Assembly: GCA_965649265.1 (NCBI GenBank)
Contig: CBFGKC010000007.1
Coordinates: 32,001 to 96,000, forward strand
Reading direction: 5' to 3'
Length of the DNA stretch: 64,000 bases
DNA from: a candidate division WOR-3 bacterium
GTDB lineage: Bacteria > Hydrothermota > Tepidihabitantia > B3-TA06
The position numbers and the translations under genes are program-made. Positions 59,831 to 64,000 of this stretch are shown piece after piece; within the stretch, counting starts at the first letter, position 1, and each line of letters begins with the position of its first letter. Below the pieces are notes generated by a model. It was given only the letters and a program-made list of their open reading frames with translations, did no database searches and was not told where the DNA came from.

Positions 59831-60772
59831 ATGAAGAAAAAATTCATAGAAGACCTCCATCCCGGCGACGACGTGGAGGAGGTCTTCTACGTTCTCGAGA
59901 GGGAGACAAGACGAACCAGGGAAGGCAAGGATTTCGTCGTCTTCCAACTGGCTGACAGATCAGGTTCAATAAAGGCGCTCTTTTTTGAACCCGGCTCAAA
60001 GATGATGCCTCCCAAAGGAACCTACGTAAGGGTCCGGGCAAGGCTTACGGAGTACAACGGCAAGTTGAATTTGAAGATCGACGACCTCTGGCCGGAGAAG
60101 GAGACTAACGTCGACTATTCAGACTTTCTTCCCAAATCATCGAGAGACATTGAAGCCTGCTATAAAAAACTCCAGGACGCCGTGAAAGGACTGAAGGAAC
60201 CTCTTCGGGCGCTGCTTTCCGCACTATACGATAACGCGGCGTTCGCCCGTCAGTACAAGCTTGCGCCTGCAGGTGTAAGAGCCCATCACGCATACATCGG
60301 TGGATTGTGCGTACATACCCACGACATGCTTGCGCTTGCAGAGCTTGTAACGACCAACGACCCTGATGTGGATGCTGATCTCGTCATCGCAGGAGTGCTC
60401 CTTCACGATATAGGAAAAATCAGTGAATACGAATATTCAAAAAGCATCGACAACACGGACGAGGGAAAACTGCTCGGCCACATTGCGATAGGCATCCGGA
60501 TGCTCGAGCGAGAAATTGAAAAAATTCCCGACTTCCCTGAGAAACTCGCATGGAAGCTCCTGCACATAATACTTAGCCACCACGGTCTCAGGGAATATGG
60601 CTCGCCGAAGCCGCCCATGTTCGTCGAAGCGCAAATAGTGCACCAGATAGACAATCTCGACTCCAAGAGGGCCATGTACCGGGAGATCGCCGAAAAGCAC
60701 GATGAAGGCGACTGGAGCGAATACCATCCCTATCTGGAACACGACATCTACCTCGACCGCTCCGGCGAGTGA
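59831..60772 (+). CDS. yhaM: 3'-5' exoribonuclease YhaM family (OB + HD)
   Basis: L.DRSG, APA..HHAYIGGL, LLHDIGK, GHI, SHHG..EYGSP. Confidence 0.9.
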   Translation: MKKKFIEDLHPGDDVEEVFYVLERETRRTREGKDFVVFQLADRSGSIKALFFEPGSKMMPPKGTYVRVRARLTEYNGKLNLKIDDLWPEKETNVDYSDFLPKSSRDIEACYKKLQDAVKGLKEPLRALLSALYDNAAFARQYKLAPAGVRAHHAYIGGLCVHTHDMLALAELVTTNDPDVDADLVIAGVLLHDIGKISEYEYSKSIDNTDEGKLLGHIAIGIRMLEREIEKIPDFPEKLAWKLLHIILSHHGLREYGSPKPPMFVEAQIVHQIDNLDSKRAMYREIAEKHDEGDWSEYHPYLEHDIYLDRSGE

Positions 60773-61413
60773 ATGCCCGGCTCGTTGAATTTTTTAAATG
60801 CAGAGGTATAGACCTCACCGTTGAACAGACCAGGCTTCTGGATGAATATAAGCGTTTGCTTATAGAGTCTTCCGCGAGAACCAATCTCCTCTCATCGGGT
60901 GATCTGGAAAAAATCGAAGAAACCCATTTTGCAGATTCGATTGCCGCAGAATCCTTCATTCCCCACGGCGCACGAGTAGCGGACTGGGGTTCGGGGGCAG
61001 GCCTGCCGGGGATACCGCTCGCGATTACGAAACCCGATATCCACATGACACTAGTGGAATCGAGGCAGGCAAAAGCCGGATTCCTCTTGAAAGCGATAAA
61101 GGAACTCGGACTCGTAAACACGCGGGTCTTTCCCGCTGACGGCGCGACACTCAAGGAGCGTTTCGATATCGTGACCGTCAGGGCAGTAGGAACTATAAAA
61201 AAAATTCTCCCTATTCTTCTAAAAAAACTTGCAGAAGGAGGAGGGTTACTTCTCTATAAAGGACCTGGTCTGGATAAGGAAATAAAAGAAGCTTCTGCGA
61301 TTATTGAACGTTCAGGATTGAGAACACGGATCGAGGAAGTCACGCTGCCATCCGGCAGAACAAGCCGCCACCTCCTCCTCTCCCCCCGTAACACCCCCGT
61401 AACACACCCGTAA
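60769..61413 (+). CDS. rsmG: 16S rRNA m7G527 methyltransferase RsmG
   Basis: NL, HFADS, DWGSGAGLPGIPL, RAV, KG. Confidence 0.92.
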   Translation: MNARLVEFFKCRGIDLTVEQTRLLDEYKRLLIESSARTNLLSSGDLEKIEETHFADSIAAESFIPHGARVADWGSGAGLPGIPLAITKPDIHMTLVESRQAKAGFLLKAIKELGLVNTRVFPADGATLKERFDIVTVRAVGTIKKILPILLKKLAEGGGLLLYKGPGLDKEIKEASAIIERSGLRTRIEEVTLPSGRTSRHLLLSPRNTPVTHP

Positions 61414-61534
61414 CACACCGCCGTAACACACCGCCCACACCTCCATCAATGACACGCCATCAGTACATTCCTCAAGGGGTCCCCGAAAAGGTACGAAGTA
61501 ACTTTTTGGGGTAAATTAGTAACACACCACCTCC
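61385..61534 (+). repeat. ~150-bp composite repeat, copy A
   Basis: 4x CCGTAACAC, unique linker, GGGGTCCCC hairpin; near-identical to 63701-63848. Confidence 0.9.
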
Positions 61535-61838
61535 CTCATTAATTGTGGATGGAAAGATGTTATCAGGAATGTCTCGGTGTGAGACCGGTGTCAAGGTGTT
61601 GCTGAGGAGGGCCCGTAACACACACATCTGCAACCAAGAGATTTTCTCAGTATGTGAAAATGACACCGAGAAGTCTCTGCTAGGTCTCTGAGGGGGCTCT
61701 GAGGGGGGCTCTGAGGAGGGCTCCGTAACACACCATACCTCCCCCCGCCGATTGTAATTTGAATTGGACTTTTCAAATTTCTCGTTTCGCGAAATCGAAA
61801 CATTGGAGACCTCCAGGGAACGAAATACCTTTTATGGT

Positions 61839-61866
61839 AAAAAAAAGGCCGGGGTATCCCGGCCTT
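61839..61866 (-). terminator. Terminator after the PASTA gene
   Basis: AAGGCCGGG..CCCGGCCTT with an A-run on the plus strand. Confidence 0.75.
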
Positions 61867-61886
61867 AATTATCTTTTCTTATGGTC

Positions 61887-62576
61887 TTAGTCGAGAACGC
61901 TCGCGATGTAAACGGTAACTGCCGAACCCTTGGGAACAATGCTGCCCTCTTTGGGGGTCTGGTAGTACAGTGTGCCCTCGTAGTATTCGGTGCTGACGCG
62001 GTAGACGAATTTCGCCTCAAGCCCGGCCTCTTTTATCTTGGCCTCGGCATTCGCTTTGCTCATGCCTGTAACCCTGGGAACCTCGACGGTCTTCACGGGT
62101 TCCGAACCCATGCTTACCTGCACCTTGACGTAGGTGTCTTTGTCAACTTTGGTTCCGGGTGCGGGATCAACTGAGATGACCAGGTCCTTGGCCACCGCAT
62201 CGGAATACACGAACTCCACATTGGAATAAAGCCCTAACTCAGCCAGCTTACGGAGCACGTCGTTGAGGTTCGCATTATCCATGCGTGGAATCTCAACCTT
62301 ATCGGGACCGGTCGAGATCCAAACCTTAACGGTTGAACCGCGCTTGACGTCGGAGAGAGCAAGAGGGTCCTGCTTGCAGATGAGTCCTTCACTTACATCG
62401 TTGGAAGGTATCTTATCCACTACATAGATCAAAAGATTCCTCTTCTCAAGAGACATCTTTGCATTCTCAATCGTCGATTTTGTTAGGTCGGGAATTTCTA
62501 CGTTCCCGATGCATCCTGTTAAGGCAACAGTGAAAACGCCCAGCGCAACAGCCAGAACGATCGCACTCTTCTTCAT
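61887..62576 (-). CDS. PASTA-domain lipoprotein (3 PASTA repeats)
   Basis: Lipobox LTGC, IPDL..QDP..G..V.V..S.G repeats. Confidence 0.88.
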   Translation of the reverse strand: MKKSAIVLAVALGVFTVALTGCIGNVEIPDLTKSTIENAKMSLEKRNLLIYVVDKIPSNDVSEGLICKQDPLALSDVKRGSTVKVWISTGPDKVEIPRMDNANLNDVLRKLAELGLYSNVEFVYSDAVAKDLVISVDPAPGTKVDKDTYVKVQVSMGSEPVKTVEVPRVTGMSKANAEAKIKEAGLEAKFVYRVSTEYYEGTLYYQTPKEGSIVPKGSAVTVYIASVLD

Positions 62577-62745
62577 AAGGTTCCTCCTTTACCTAAGCGG
62601 ATTTTTTCCTTATGTTGTAAATTTTACTCAGTTAATGCTTTAATGTCAAGGGGTTACTTTACCGCAGACTCTTTTTTTCATAATTAATAGAAAACAATAG
62701 AAAGAATCTGCATCTGGAAAAAGTCAGATTGAATTTGGCCTGCTT

Positions 62746-63666
62746 TCAGATGTAGCGAAGCATCTCGTCGAGAGCGTGTTTCGCCTTTGAGGCGATTTCA
62801 GGAGAAACCTCGACCACGTATTGATTCTTTTCGAGGGATGCGAGTACGTGCTCGAGTCTTATCTTCTTCATGTTCTCGCACACCTTTGGCGCGCCCAACG
62901 AGTAGAACTCCTTTTGAGGATTCTCCTTCTTGAGCCGGTAGATTAGACCCTCCTCGGTACCTACTATGAAGCGCTTACGATCGGACACTTTGGCGAGTTT
63001 TACCATGCCGTTCGTGGAGCAAACCTCGTCGGCAAGGTCGACTATTTCAGGATCAATCTCTGGATGGACCATGAGAAGTGCGTCCGGATACCGCTCGCGA
63101 GAAGCTTTTACCTCCTCAACCCTGAATCTGCGGTGAACGGGACAGAACCCTGCCCATGCAATGATGTGTTTTTTGGTATGCCGCTGGACCCATGAAGCGA
63201 GATTGCAGTCGGGTACGAAGATAATCTCATCGGCATCTACTCCCTCCACCACCTTGAGTGCGTTGGAGGACGTGCAGCAGACGTCCACCTCTGCCTTGAC
63301 GTCGGCGTTCGTATTCACGTAGGCGATGACCTTTGCCTTCGGATGTTCTTGTTTGAGCTTACGTAGACCTTCGACGTCAACCATATCGGCCATCGGACAG
63401 CCCGCATCGGGCCGTGGATGAAGAACCGTCTTGGAAGGTGCGAGTATCTTCGCCGTTTCGGCCATGAAACGCACCCCGCAGAAAACGATTACGGATGCAT
63501 CGGTCTCGGCCGACTTACGAGCGAGGTCGAGCGAATCACCCAGAATATCTGCAATCTCCTGAATCTCGGAAAGCTGGTAGTTGTGCACGAGAATGATGGC
63601 GCCCTTCCCCTTTGCAAGCCGCCTGATCTGGGCACTGATCTCTTGAGCGTTCTTTTCGGTAGTCAT
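62746..63666 (-). CDS. nadA: Quinolinate synthase
   Basis: HNYQ, GDSL, FCGV.FMAETAK, GCPMA, YVNT, CPVH, HPE, CENM. Confidence 0.96.
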   Translation of the reverse strand: MTTEKNAQEISAQIRRLAKGKGAIILVHNYQLSEIQEIADILGDSLDLARKSAETDASVIVFCGVRFMAETAKILAPSKTVLHPRPDAGCPMADMVDVEGLRKLKQEHPKAKVIAYVNTNADVKAEVDVCCTSSNALKVVEGVDADEIIFVPDCNLASWVQRHTKKHIIAWAGFCPVHRRFRVEEVKASRERYPDALLMVHPEIDPEIVDLADEVCSTNGMVKLAKVSDRKRFIVGTEEGLIYRLKKENPQKEFYSLGAPKVCENMKKIRLEHVLASLEKNQYVVEVSPEIASKAKHALDEMLRYI

Positions 63667-63700
63667 GACGTAATCATAAAGCCCACAGCATAAGTGTCAA

Positions 63701-63848
63701 CCCGTAACACACCCCGTAACACACCCGTAACACACCCGTAACACACCGCCCACACCTCCATCAATGACACGCCATAAGTACCTTCTTCAAGGGTCCCCGA
63801 AAAGGTACGAAGTAGCTTTTTGGGGTAAATTAGTAACACACCACCTCC
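63701..63848 (+). repeat. ~150-bp composite repeat, copy B
   Basis: Direct repeat of 61385-61534. Confidence 0.9.
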
Positions 63849-63944
63849 TGACGCAAGACCTCCTCCCCCCTCTCCTTCCCCTCCCGATATAACATAATAA
63901 GTTATCCCCATTGACACGACATGTTTTGCATGGTATATTATTCT

Positions 63945-64000
63945 ATGAAGGATAAGGAAAACCGCTTATACGGAGACCTTGCCTGGATTTGGCCCATATG
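63945..64000 (+). CDS. 5' end of a gene truncated by the window edge (possibly a SAM methyltransferase)
   Basis: TTGACA-N17-TATATT, 5 nt, then ATG; MKDKENRLYGDLAWIWPI. Confidence 0.45.
   Translation, partial: MKDKENRLYGDLAWIWPI

Noticed and set aside
61385-61435. CRISPR array or iterons
   Set aside because: Units are 10-13 nt, adjacent and lack unique spacers; no cas or rep gene is present.

Overview
Bacterial chromosomal window, mostly housekeeping genes. It includes ftsEX-envC, a split transketolase, pdxA, a long minus-strand cluster (rfbD-ispE-tRNA-Gln-prs-rplY-pth-ychF-rpsF-ssb-rpsR-rplI-DUF151-tyrS), tRNA-Val, purN, lnt, ispH-ubiA, purF, ftsB, eno, glyA, thiE, thiD, holA-leuS, a porV-like gene, yhaM, rsmG and nadA. 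The porV-like gene and many proteins with T9SS/FlgD-Ig-like C-terminal domains suggest a diderm FCB-related lineage such as WOR-3/TA06 (inference, not proven). Most unusual signals: (1) an AT-rich OLD-like ATPase-TOPRIM gene with its own promoter, bracketed by the two inverted halves of a REP-like palindrome; (2) a dispersed CCGTAACAC / GCCCTCCTC micro-repeat vocabulary found in intergenic DNA and in frame inside unrelated proteins; (3) a GGGGTCCCC hairpin family with compensatory base changes, one copy lying between the current leuS 3' end and a stranded second leuS 3' end; (4) five tandem, mosaic, secreted 7-bladed beta-propeller paralogs between thiamine genes; (5) pervasive leaderless-type promoters, mostly with 16-bp spacers. 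No CRISPR array, transposase, integrase or reverse transcriptase was seen. All calls come from reading the sequence by eye; no database searches were run.
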